A stretch of DNA of 64,000 nucleotides from a candidate division WOR-3 bacterium (GCA_023129325.1 JAGMCI010000017.1:13252-77251); one strand, 5' to 3'. Positions 17,832 through 25,298 are shown, counted from the first letter of the stretch. The notes: a model not told the origin generated them from the letters alone. Made by a program: numbers and translations.

Positions 17832-20800
17832 TTAAAATTTAATTTCTATGCCAAAACGAATTATCCTTGGATTACTGTAATTTGTTGGGTCATTATAATA
17901 TCGTTCCCAATTAGCAAGGTCATCTAAATACATATCCCAACCACTTTTATAATTCTTGCCATGCCTTGCGTTATAATCTTCATACTGACTCTCATAATTT
18001 TCTTTTATCCATTTTGGTGGGTCTCCATTATCATCTGGTTTCCCAGTTCTTGAGTATATATCTACAACATTCTTTGTGTTAAGTAAATTCCTGACATCTG
18101 CAAAAAATCCAATATCAAGACCTCTGAATTTAAATCCTTTATCAATTCTTAAGTCAATATTGCTTATGGCGGGCATTCGTTTTGAGCCAACTTCTTGGGG
18201 CCTGCCCTTTGAATCAGTTGGCGTGTAAGGAGCCCCTGACATAAATACAAATTGAAGGTTAGCATTTAAATTTGATAGAGGCTGTATCTTCAGGGCAAAT
18301 GGTCCCCATTTCTCTGGAATGTTAAAATTTAATCCAGTCTTAATCGTATGAGTTATGTCAAACTCAAGTGGGTATTCCTTTTTTGGTAGAGATATCCCTG
18401 TGTTCATATACCTGTAATAATACTCTCTTGACGAAGAGCCAGTGCCTTTTGCATCCTGGTATGAATATGATATCGTGCCTGATAAAAATCTTCTCGCCCT
18501 TTTTGTAAATATCACATCTATGCCCTTGACTGTTGCAAAATCTTGTAGCTGGTAAATTGTGTATGGAGCAAGTTTGCCCTTGAATATAGTGCGCTTCTCA
18601 CGAGTCGAAAGAAGTGTCTTGACATCTTTAAAATAAGCCGAAATCTCACCAGCCATGTCCGGAGTAAATGCATACCTGAACCCTCCCTCATACATAATCT
18701 CCTTTTGTGGGGGAAGATTCGGATTCCCGATTATCGGAAGTCCATTTGTTATATCAGCATCTAAATTTTGATAAATGTCTGCAAAATTTAATGGTTGGAA
18801 AAAATGACCATAATTTGCATACATTACAGATTTATCAGTCATCGCATAAGAAATGCCAAATCTTGGTGAAAATTGAATCTTTGCCTCTGCTTCTGCCTGA
18901 CCAGCAGATAATGAATCTAAATTAATATAAAAATCAGATTTCGGGTTAAAGTAATCATATCTTAAACCAGCCTTTAAAACCATATCTTCATATTCAATCT
19001 TGTCTGAAAGATATGCTGATGCTGTAAGTGGCTTCTTATCATAATGGTCCATATACGGATTCTTATTTACAAATTGAAGATATGTGAGGTCAAGATCATG
19101 TTTCTCAATATCAGCACCTGCCTTAATCTCATTGTATTTATTTACCTGGGAAATGAGATGAAAACTTGCAGAAAGTCGGGTCGTGTTCCTATCATGCCAC
19201 ATAGGATAGAAATAATAGCAAAATCTCCCAAATTCGTCCCTGTTATATCTTGTCATATACAACCCTCCCGATGGTTCTATTGAATCTTCTGGGAAATCCG
19301 TATTAATATACTTCCTAACATCGTTAATGTATTTGTCAAGACTAAATGTATGATAATATATATATAAAGTCTCCCCATCTTCCACTCCCGTATATACAAG
19401 TTTGTCTCCGCCAGGCACAGAACCTCCCTTTAAATAAGTCCCCGTTTGATAATATCTGTAATTCAAGGCATCAACAATTTCGTTGAAATCTGTCTCGTCT
19501 CCCCATTCCCATTCCCCTGTCGATGAGTTCCATTGTCCTAAATGTCGCACATTCTCATAATACCACATCCATGCCCTGTCTTCCGACCATCCCTCCTCCC
19601 ATGTCCCGTATTCAGGATTATACCAGCCAGAATCCCTTGCCACTGCTACCCAGGATAACCTCGTTCCAATTTCCTTGAAATCATTATAATCCTTACCATC
19701 CTGAGAGCTATACTTATGATAAGTGTTAAATCTCCCGATATTTAATGTGTAAAAAGTCTTCGATGACACAGAATGCGTTAGCTTTAAATTGATTTGTGAG
19801 TTCCCTCGCTGATACAGAGGTAATTCATCTATCCATTTTCCTCTTGAATATGAATGCCAGTACCCATGATACCTTCTATATGCATAATTACTTGATAAAG
19901 TTGCCTTAAATGCATTACTCAATCTCCACGCTAATTTCAATGTCCCTTTCCCTTCTATCCCATCGCTGTGCGGAAGATAAGAATCATACCCCCTGAGACC
20001 CCCAGAGAGGAAAAAACTACTCCTCTTAAGATAGGGAATAGGCCCACCCAGTGTAATGCTTCCATCATTAACCCCAAAATTATATCCCTGGTTAAATAAT
20101 TTACCCTGTTTATACAAATTAGAACTCTTCTTGAAAATATTATCCGTCGTGTATTTTATTCCACCACTATACTTTGTCCCCCCTTCCCTCGTCACCACAT
20201 TTACAACCCCAGACATAGCCCTCCCATACTCAGCATCAAATCCACCCGAAATTATAAGCATCTCCGAAATCGCATTGTTGTCAAGAATAGCCCCAGAAGT
20301 CCCATAAACAGGGTCAGTTGTGTTGATACCATCAACAATGTATACAACCTCATCTGACCTTCCACCTCTAATATGTAATCCACCCGAACTACCACGCCCA
20401 GTCTCAACCGAGCCCGCTTGCAAAGCAACTACATCCTCATAATTCGTTACAGGCATCTTAGATATCTCTTTCCCAGAAGTGCGCTTTGACGATGATGTTA
20501 CATCCCGCTCAATTATAGGCCTCTTGGCAGTCACTATAACCTCTTCTCCTTTTATTACAGTGGGCTCAAGTCTGAAGTTGACAGTGGTAGTCATATCAGT
20601 GGATACTTTTACATTCTTAACTTTCACAGCCTTGTAACCAATCATAGTAGCCTTTACTGTATAAATACCTACAGGAACATTAACAATAAAAAAATCTCCT
20701 AATTTATCCGTTGCTGCTCCCATAGTCGTTCCCTCAATAATGACATTAACAAAAGGAAGTGGCTCTCTTGTCCCTGTATCAATAACTTTCCCCGCAATCT

Positions 20801-20912
20801 TGCCCGTTATCCCTGCAAATAAAGCAGTAGGCAGTAGGCAGTAAGTAGTAAGTAGTAAGAAAATTGAAAATTGAAAATTGAAAATTGAAAATTTATATAA
20901 TTTATTACGCAT
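17832..20912 (-). CDS. TonB-dependent receptor with N-terminal carboxypeptidase-regulatory-like domain (SusC-like architecture)
   Basis: Start moved to ATG 20912 (AGGAGGT upstream); the 21 upstream codons of the track ORF lie in a repeat element. GKVIDTGTREPLPFVNVIIEGT...GIYTVKATMIGY (CarbopepD_reg-like). Plug GGLHIRGGRSDEVVYIVDGINTTDP. C-terminal ...RIIRFGIEIKF. Confidence 0.85.
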   Translation of the reverse strand: MRNKLYKFSIFNFQFSIFLLLTTYCLLPTALFAGITGKIAGKVIDTGTREPLPFVNVIIEGTTMGAATDKLGDFFIVNVPVGIYTVKATMIGYKAVKVKNVKVSTDMTTTVNFRLEPTVIKGEEVIVTAKRPIIERDVTSSSKRTSGKEISKMPVTNYEDVVALQAGSVETGRGSSGGLHIRGGRSDEVVYIVDGINTTDPVYGTSGAILDNNAISEMLIISGGFDAEYGRAMSGVVNVVTREGGTKYSGGIKYTTDNIFKKSSNLYKQGKLFNQGYNFGVNDGSITLGGPIPYLKRSSFFLSGGLRGYDSYLPHSDGIEGKGTLKLAWRLSNAFKATLSSNYAYRRYHGYWHSYSRGKWIDELPLYQRGNSQINLKLTHSVSSKTFYTLNIGRFNTYHKYSSQDGKDYNDFKEIGTRLSWVAVARDSGWYNPEYGTWEEGWSEDRAWMWYYENVRHLGQWNSSTGEWEWGDETDFNEIVDALNYRYYQTGTYLKGGSVPGGDKLVYTGVEDGETLYIYYHTFSLDKYINDVRKYINTDFPEDSIEPSGGLYMTRYNRDEFGRFCYYFYPMWHDRNTTRLSASFHLISQVNKYNEIKAGADIEKHDLDLTYLQFVNKNPYMDHYDKKPLTASAYLSDKIEYEDMVLKAGLRYDYFNPKSDFYINLDSLSAGQAEAEAKIQFSPRFGISYAMTDKSVMYANYGHFFQPLNFADIYQNLDADITNGLPIIGNPNLPPQKEIMYEGGFRYAFTPDMAGEISAYFKDVKTLLSTREKRTIFKGKLAPYTIYQLQDFATVKGIDVIFTKRARRFLSGTISYSYQDAKGTGSSSREYYYRYMNTGISLPKKEYPLEFDITHTIKTGLNFNIPEKWGPFALKIQPLSNLNANLQFVFMSGAPYTPTDSKGRPQEVGSKRMPAISNIDLRIDKGFKFRGLDIGFFADVRNLLNTKNVVDIYSRTGKPDDNGDPPKWIKENYESQYEDYNARHGKNYKSGWDMYLDDLANWERYYNDPTNYSNPRIIRFGIEIKF
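20824..20893 (-). repeat. ten heptamers (5x GYAGTAR, then 5x GAAAATT) encoding the TBDR signal peptide
   Basis: It encodes KFSIFNFQFSIFLLLTTYCLLPTA. Confidence 0.9.
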
Positions 20913-20990
20913 CTTTACCTCCTGCCGTCCGTTCTTGTAAACTTGTTTACTCAGAACGGCGAGCATCCCGCACATAAATTATGTGCGGGA
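20913..20990 (-). repeat. two-hairpin leader element plus SD, copy B, upstream of the TonB-dependent receptor gene
   Basis: Sense: TCCCGCACATAATTTATGTGCGGGA-TGCTCG-CCGTTCT-loop-AGAACGG-ACGGCAGGAGGT-ATG. Confidence 0.85.
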
Positions 20991-21090
20991 TAGCCCATGG
21001 TTTTTGTTTTTTGCCACAAAGGCTTTGCTGTTGACTGCAGCACCGCACATAAACTGTCATGCTGAACTTGTTTCAGCATCTCAACACACT

Positions 21091-21105
21091 CCGCCTAAGG
21101 CGGAT
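21091..21105. repeat. 15-nt perfect palindrome TCCGCCTNAGGCGGA
   Basis: TCCGCCTAAGGCGGA. Confidence 0.9.
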
Positions 21106-21116
21106 TGGTTAATATG

Positions 21117-21147
21117 TAGGGGCAGACCTTGCGTCTGCCTAAACTCC
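21117..21147. repeat. GTAGGGGC-family element (short form)
   Basis: GTAGGGGCAGACCTTGCGTCTGCCTAAACTC with hairpin GGCAGAC/GTCTGCC. Confidence 0.85.
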
Positions 21148-21168
21148 TTTAAATCATTATCCATCTTT

Positions 21169-21217
21169 TGGTTAATTGGTTAATTGGTTAATTAACCACT
21201 CACCATTTAACCAATCG
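21169..21217. repeat. (GGTTAAT)x3 plus CTCACCATTTAACCA module
   Basis: An inverted copy of this module lies at 25305..25361. Confidence 0.8.
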
Positions 21218-21270
21218 GCATTGGGTGACGAAAGCCGTAACCGAACTACGAAACGGGCTTCCTCACCTAT
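21213..21270. repeat. modular GGTGACGAAAGCCGTAACCGAACTACGAAACGGGCTTCCTCACC element
   Basis: It shares CCGTAACCGAACTACGAAACGGGCTTCCTCACCTAT with 22968..23028. Confidence 0.85.
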
Positions 21271-21283
21271 AACCTTTTAATTT

Positions 21284-21378
21284 CCCACTTCTAACTTCCC
21301 CACTTCTAACTTCCCACTTCTCCACTTCTAACTTCCCACTTCCCACTTCTCCACTTCCTACTTCTCCACTTCCCACTT
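21284..21378. repeat. ~13-unit degenerate heptamer array (CYNACTT, ACTTC family) directly after the tonB stop
   Basis: CCCACTT CTAACTT CCCCACTT CTAACTT CCCACTT CTCCACTT .... Confidence 0.9.
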
Positions 21379-21978
21379 CTATTCTTTAAGTCTAAATCTC
21401 ACTGGCTGATGAACTTTTACGCATACCGGTCTATCCCTTTGTTGGGCAGGTGAAAATTTCCATTTCCTTGCTGCCCTCATAGCCGCTTGGTCACATAATT
21501 CATTTAAAGATTGTAAAACCTTGACATTTATAACTCTTCCACTCGTGTCTATTATAAGTTCTAAGTAAACAGTGCCCTCAATCTCAGCTTTCCTCGCTAA
21601 CTCCGGATATTCTGGCTCTACATAAAGCTTAAGTTGTGGCTTGACTTCAACTGCCCAAAACTCATAAACCTCCGGAGTAGTGAGCTTTGGAGGTCGCTTC
21701 TCAAAACCAAAATCAGTCCTGTCAATAGTAGATGCTTCTATTTCTTTTTCACTCTCCGCAGCAACTGGCATCTTTGGCTTTGGAGGAGGAGGGGGTTCCT
21801 TTAATTGTTGCATCTGGGGTGGAAGTTGTATGGCTCGTACAACTGCATCAACTTTTGGCTCCCATTTCCTGGGTCTCGTTTTGGGAATAAATAAACAAGC
21901 TAAAATGCAGGCAATAATGGCTATGAGGAAAGAAAGTTTATTATGAAATGGTAACCGCTCCTTTAAATCATTATTCAT
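21379..21978 (-). CDS. tonB: energy transducer TonB
   Basis: TM anchor, Pro-rich PPQMQQLKEPPPPPKPKMP and C-terminal YPELARKAEIEGTVYLELIIDTSGRVINVKVLQS...ARKWKFSPA. Start set to ATG 21978 because the 14 upstream codons are encoded by a GTAGGGGC repeat copy. Confidence 0.75.
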   Translation of the reverse strand: MNNDLKERLPFHNKLSFLIAIIACILACLFIPKTRPRKWEPKVDAVVRAIQLPPQMQQLKEPPPPPKPKMPVAAESEKEIEASTIDRTDFGFEKRPPKLTTPEVYEFWAVEVKPQLKLYVEPEYPELARKAEIEGTVYLELIIDTSGRVINVKVLQSLNELCDQAAMRAARKWKFSPAQQRDRPVCVKVHQPVRFRLKE

Positions 21979-21987
21979 AAATATTAT

Positions 21988-22018
21988 GTAGGGGCAGACC
22001 TTGCGTCTGCCTAAACTC
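21988..22018. repeat. GTAGGGGC-family element, identical copy directly upstream of tonB
   Basis: The same 31 nt as 21117..21147. Confidence 0.85.
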
Positions 22019-22028
22019 ACTAATTTCC

Positions 22029-22063
22029 GTTAATTGCTAATTGTTAATTTTGCATTGTTTATT
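22029..22063. repeat. GNTAATT heptamer array between tonB and exbD
   Basis: GTTAATT GCTAATT GTTAATT TTGCATT GTTTATT. Confidence 0.8.
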
Positions 22064-22066
22064 TTT

Positions 22067-22477
22067 CTACCCTCCCTTTTCTTTTAAAGTTGAAAAGGAT
22101 ACTTTTAATGCCTTCGCGTCTTTAAATTGGTCAAGAATATCTGAAAGAACGCCATATTCCCCATCTTTGTCCATGACAATGGAAACAATGAGATTTGGGT
22201 TTATGCTTACCTTTCTCCCCATTATTGGGCCCACATAATCAGTGGTTACTATATTGTCATCTATTGATATTGCTCCTTCTGATGAAACCCAAATATGAGT
22301 TATGTTCTTCTTAGGTAGCTTTTTTGTCGCTTTTGCAGCAGGAATAGTTACACGAATCCCACGCTCTGCTACAAAAACCGTTGTTAACATGAAAAAAATG
22401 ATGAGTAAAAAAGCAATATCAGCCATCGAGCAAGTTGGTATCTCTGGACCCTTTTTGGGTGCTGTTTTAAGCTTCAT
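22067..22477 (-). CDS. exbD: ExbD/TolR biopolymer transport protein
   Basis: EIPTCSMADIAFLLIIFFMLTTVF single TM followed by a periplasmic domain, typical ExbD/TolR layout. Confidence 0.85.
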   Translation of the reverse strand: MKLKTAPKKGPEIPTCSMADIAFLLIIFFMLTTVFVAERGIRVTIPAAKATKKLPKKNITHIWVSSEGAISIDDNIVTTDYVGPIMGRKVSINPNLIVSIVMDKDGEYGVLSDILDQFKDAKALKVSFSTLKEKGG

Positions 22478-22486
22478 AATCCTTTT

Positions 22487-22541
22487 CCTACACCCTACAC
22501 CCTACACCCTACACCCTACACCCTATTATACCCTACACCCT
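22487..22541. repeat. (CCTACAC)x4 perfect plus degenerate units between the two exbD genes
   Basis: Four perfect units at 22487-22514. Confidence 0.9.
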
Positions 22542-22542
22542 G

Positions 22543-22941
22543 TCACTTTGGCGGTGCAAATGCTATCCGCTGGGCTTTAGCAAGCCGTAATTCGTCAAAT
22601 ACCTTTATTACTTTGTTATATTTGCATTTGCGGTCTATGGTCAAGGAAAATACAAGTGAATCATTAACCGTAAGTAACTGATGAGCTTTCTCTTTTATGT
22701 CCGGAAGTGGAATCTCTTCTTCCCCTATCTTTACCTGTCCCTTGGCATTTACAAATACATTCGCAATATTTGTCTTCTTGATTTTAACTTCTTCCCCCTT
22801 CTCTGGTAGTACTATTTGAAGTCCCTTCTCCGTCGCAAATACAGTAGTAAGCATAAAGAAAACTATTAAAAGAAATGCAATATCAGCCATCGAGGCTGTT
22901 GGAATTTCTGCTGCCCTCGTTATCCTCCTGCCTAATTTCAT
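22543..22941 (-). CDS. exbD: ExbD/TolR biopolymer transport protein (second paralog)
   Basis: EIPTASMADIAFLLIVFFMLTTVF. The track start 22947 is TTG; I used the ATG at 22941. Confidence 0.85.
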   Translation of the reverse strand: MKLGRRITRAAEIPTASMADIAFLLIVFFMLTTVFATEKGLQIVLPEKGEEVKIKKTNIANVFVNAKGQVKIGEEEIPLPDIKEKAHQLLTVNDSLVFSLTIDRKCKYNKVIKVFDELRLAKAQRIAFAPPK

Positions 22942-22967
22942 AATCAAGAAATAAATCCCAAATTAAA

Positions 22968-23028
22968 TCGTCAATCGGTTACGGTGACGAGACCCGTAAC
23001 CGAACTACGAAACGGGCTTCCTCACCTA
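22968..23028. repeat. same modular family, between exbD and exbB
   Basis: TCGTCAATCGGTTACGGTGACGAGACCCGTAACCGAACTACGAAACGGGCTTCCTCACCTA. Confidence 0.85.
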
Positions 23029-23043
23029 TCCGCCTAAGGCGGA
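23029..23043. repeat. 15-nt palindrome TCCGCCTNAGGCGGA
   Basis: TCCGCCTAAGGCGGA, 1 nt before the exbB stop. Confidence 0.9.
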
Positions 23044-23044
23044 C

Positions 23045-23665
23045 TCATGGTTTCTCTTCTACTAAAAATATAACTAACTCCGTAGCGGCTGATTCCATCA
23101 TCCTCGTATAACCGTTGCTTCTTGTCGTGAAATAAACATGAAAAGCAACAACCGGAAAAGCAATCGAAAGTCCTGTGGCTGTCGTTACCAATGCTTCTTG
23201 AATTCCTGTTGCTACAAGTGTTGGCTCTACTTCACCCGCTATCGCTATCGCCTGAAATGCATGAATCATCCCCATGACTGTGCCAAGAAAACCAATTATC
23301 GGTGCTATCGTGCTTACTGCAGCTAAAACAGGTAAACCCCTGTCAAGAAATGCTAATTCCGTAGTCCCAGCATTAGAAATTGCCTCCTCAATGGCATCCT
23401 TTTGTGGACCCACTTTCTTATAAGTGGCAAGAGCTGCCTCGGTAATCCTCGCTACAGGTGATTTGTTGGATTTGCAATACTCAATCCCCTTTTCTACTCC
23501 TCCTTCTTTTTTTAGACTTGTCTTTAAATCAGCCATAAACTTCTTAATATCAATCCTTGCTAATGCATAGGATATAAATCTCTCAATTATAAATGCCGCA
23601 CCCACTAAAATGCATCCTAAAAGTGGCCACATATAAATCCCTCCAATTTTGAAATAAGCTACCAT
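23045..23665 (-). CDS. exbB: MotA/TolQ/ExbB proton channel protein
   Basis: IAPIIGFLGTVMGMIHAFQAIA...IQEALVTTATGLSIAFPV, the conserved ExbB/TolQ C-terminal TM pair. SD GGAGGT. Confidence 0.85.
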   Translation of the reverse strand: MVAYFKIGGIYMWPLLGCILVGAAFIIERFISYALARIDIKKFMADLKTSLKKEGGVEKGIEYCKSNKSPVARITEAALATYKKVGPQKDAIEEAISNAGTTELAFLDRGLPVLAAVSTIAPIIGFLGTVMGMIHAFQAIAIAGEVEPTLVATGIQEALVTTATGLSIAFPVVAFHVYFTTRSNGYTRMMESAATELVIFLVEEKP

Positions 23666-23696
23666 TTTACCTCCTTTTTTAAAATATAATCAAGAT

Positions 23697-24530
23697 TTAA
23701 AAAATGTCAAGTCTTTTTTTAAAAAAATTCCACTCTTTTGTTGAATACTTCTTTAGTAATTTATCTGTAAGCTCTCTTTCCTCATTTGTAAAAGTTCCTT
23801 CAATAATTTTTATCCCGCTTGCTTTAATTCCTTGCTTTAAAGCTATTGTGATTTCCTTGAGCTTGAAGTCACGACCTAAAATTTCTGAAAGACAGGATGT
23901 AGAGCGTCCGTCAACTGATGGATAGGATACGAAATTTGGGGGTGAGATTGGTATAGTTCCTTGTTGAAGGATTGTTCCATTAGCTCTCCTTTGGGCACTT
24001 CCGAGTATCTTTTTTCCATTGACTTGAAGTTCATATCTCATAAAAGAGCTAAAACAAACTGGAATCCGTTCATAGTGATTGGTAGTTCTCACTATCTGTG
24101 TCTGCCTGCTCCGCTCCGACAAGCGAAGCGGGACGGAGCCGGCGAGGCAGGCATCAATATTTAGAGTCTTTAGCCCAAGGGCAAAAATAAGGCTTACCTT
24201 TTTATAACTCTCAAACACAGAGCCTCCGAAAGTTGGATTTGTTTCATTAGTTACGAGTGAGTAAGTGAGGTCGCCATTGTGTACCACTGCTCTGCCTCCA
24301 GTAATTCTGCGTATAATAGGAAACCCATACTTCTTAAGATTCTTTATGTCCCGAATAGATTGCGAGTACCCTATCGTGATAGCAGGTGGCGAAAAAGTAT
24401 AAAATCTTAAAGTAGAATCGTATCCGGCAGTACACAAATTGTTAGATTGTGCTTTCCTGAATAATGCTTCATCTAATGCCATATTATAGAATCCATCTCT
24501 TGCCCAAGTATTTATTAGTCTAAGAATCAT
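23697..24530 (-). CDS. lipoate-protein ligase / octanoyltransferase family protein (BPL/LPL catalytic domain)
   Basis: RRITGGRAVVHNGDLTYSLV and GKKILGSAQRRANGTILQQGTI match my memory of LplA/LipM-type domains. The gene carries an in-frame GC-rich repeat (LAGSVPLRLSERSRQTQ). Confidence 0.65.
   Translation of the reverse strand: MILRLINTWARDGFYNMALDEALFRKAQSNNLCTAGYDSTLRFYTFSPPAITIGYSQSIRDIKNLKKYGFPIIRRITGGRAVVHNGDLTYSLVTNETNPTFGGSVFESYKKVSLIFALGLKTLNIDACLAGSVPLRLSERSRQTQIVRTTNHYERIPVCFSSFMRYELQVNGKKILGSAQRRANGTILQQGTIPISPPNFVSYPSVDGRSTSCLSEILGRDFKLKEITIALKQGIKASGIKIIEGTFTNEERELTDKLLKKYSTKEWNFFKKRLDIF
24102..24152. repeat. CCGCTCCGACAAGCGAAGCGGGACGG-family copy, in frame in the lipoate ligase-like gene
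   Basis: Core at 24111-24138 with CTGCC/GGCAG flanks. Read antisense it gives LAGSVPLRLSERSRQ. Confidence 0.85.
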
Positions 24531-24544
24531 TCAAGACAAGCTCC

Positions 24545-24660
24545 AAATCCCAAGCATCAAATAACAAACAAATCACAAATCACAAATGATTTTGTTTGGG
24601 ATTTTGTTCATTAGGATTTGAATATTGTTTGGAATTTAGTGCTTGATATTTGAAATTTCT
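24545..24660. repeat. inverted CAAAT-rich heptamer arrays (long imperfect hairpin)
   Basis: AAATCCCAA...AAATCACAAATCACAAATG faces TTTGTTTGGGATTTTG...TTTGAAATTT. Confidence 0.7.
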
Positions 24661-24668
24661 GCATAGCT

Positions 24669-25298
24669 TTATATCAGATGCAGCCAGTTATGTAAAAGAA
24701 AATATATTCTTCCAATTAAAAGGGATAACCTTGCCATAACTGTGTATCCAAAACTTGCCCCAAATGATACCATTATGAATGCCATGCCTATTTTAACTGG
24801 AGGTTTTAATAACCCCTTGTGTTCTTTGGAAAAATAAAAAAACAGAAATGTGGTTAACACACCAACAACAAGAATGATATTATTAGCACTTTGTATTAAG
24901 TCTCCCTTAATAAAGAGTGGTAAGAAAGTAGCTTTTGTCTGTGGCAATATATATCCATGAATGCCAGCTACTATCCCTATTCCTGCTCCAATTCCCATAG
25001 TAAAAGCAATAGACCATCTTGAAATCCAGCCAATTTTTGGATGTATACGGAGAAGCATAATTACCCCTAAAAAGGTCGGTATAATTAGTATCCATCTTGC
25101 AAGCCCAGTTTCTGCAATGAATTTATCAATTAACATAGGTTTAATGTTAAAAAAGTAAAAATAAACAAGCATATAGGCCGCAGATGAACCAACATAAAGG
25201 TGTTCAGCAAATTTGTAGAGTGGATTGTCCTTGTAAAGAAATGAAAAAATACAAAGCGTCAAAAAAGCCGCAACCCAAATCCCAATAATTTCAGCCAT
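24669..25298 (-). CDS. polytopic membrane protein, uncharacterised (gene 4 of a 4-gene membrane operon)
   Basis: About six hydrophobic helices. Start set to ATG 25298 (MAEIIGIWVAAFL) because the 14 upstream codons are encoded by a TAACCAA heptamer array. Confidence 0.55.
   Translation of the reverse strand: MAEIIGIWVAAFLTLCIFSFLYKDNPLYKFAEHLYVGSSAAYMLVYFYFFNIKPMLIDKFIAETGLARWILIIPTFLGVIMLLRIHPKIGWISRWSIAFTMGIGAGIGIVAGIHGYILPQTKATFLPLFIKGDLIQSANNIILVVGVLTTFLFFYFSKEHKGLLKPPVKIGMAFIMVSFGASFGYTVMARLSLLIGRIYFLLHNWLHLI

Noticed and set aside
20913-20975. N-terminal extensions of track ORFs (MCGMLAVLSKQVYKNGRQEVK at the TBDR; MRDSLRKE at 26870; MSLGRRKVCPYIIF at tonB; MVNYSPFNHSPFIT at 25340)
   Set aside because: These codons are the translation of dispersed repeat elements. 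Downstream ATGs have proper SDs and begin typical signal or TM sequences.
21284-21378. Tandem repeat arrays as possible CRISPR arrays
   Set aside because: The period is 7 nt with no unique spacers, the units are degenerate, and no cas genes are present. These are microsatellite- or STRR-like arrays, not CRISPR.
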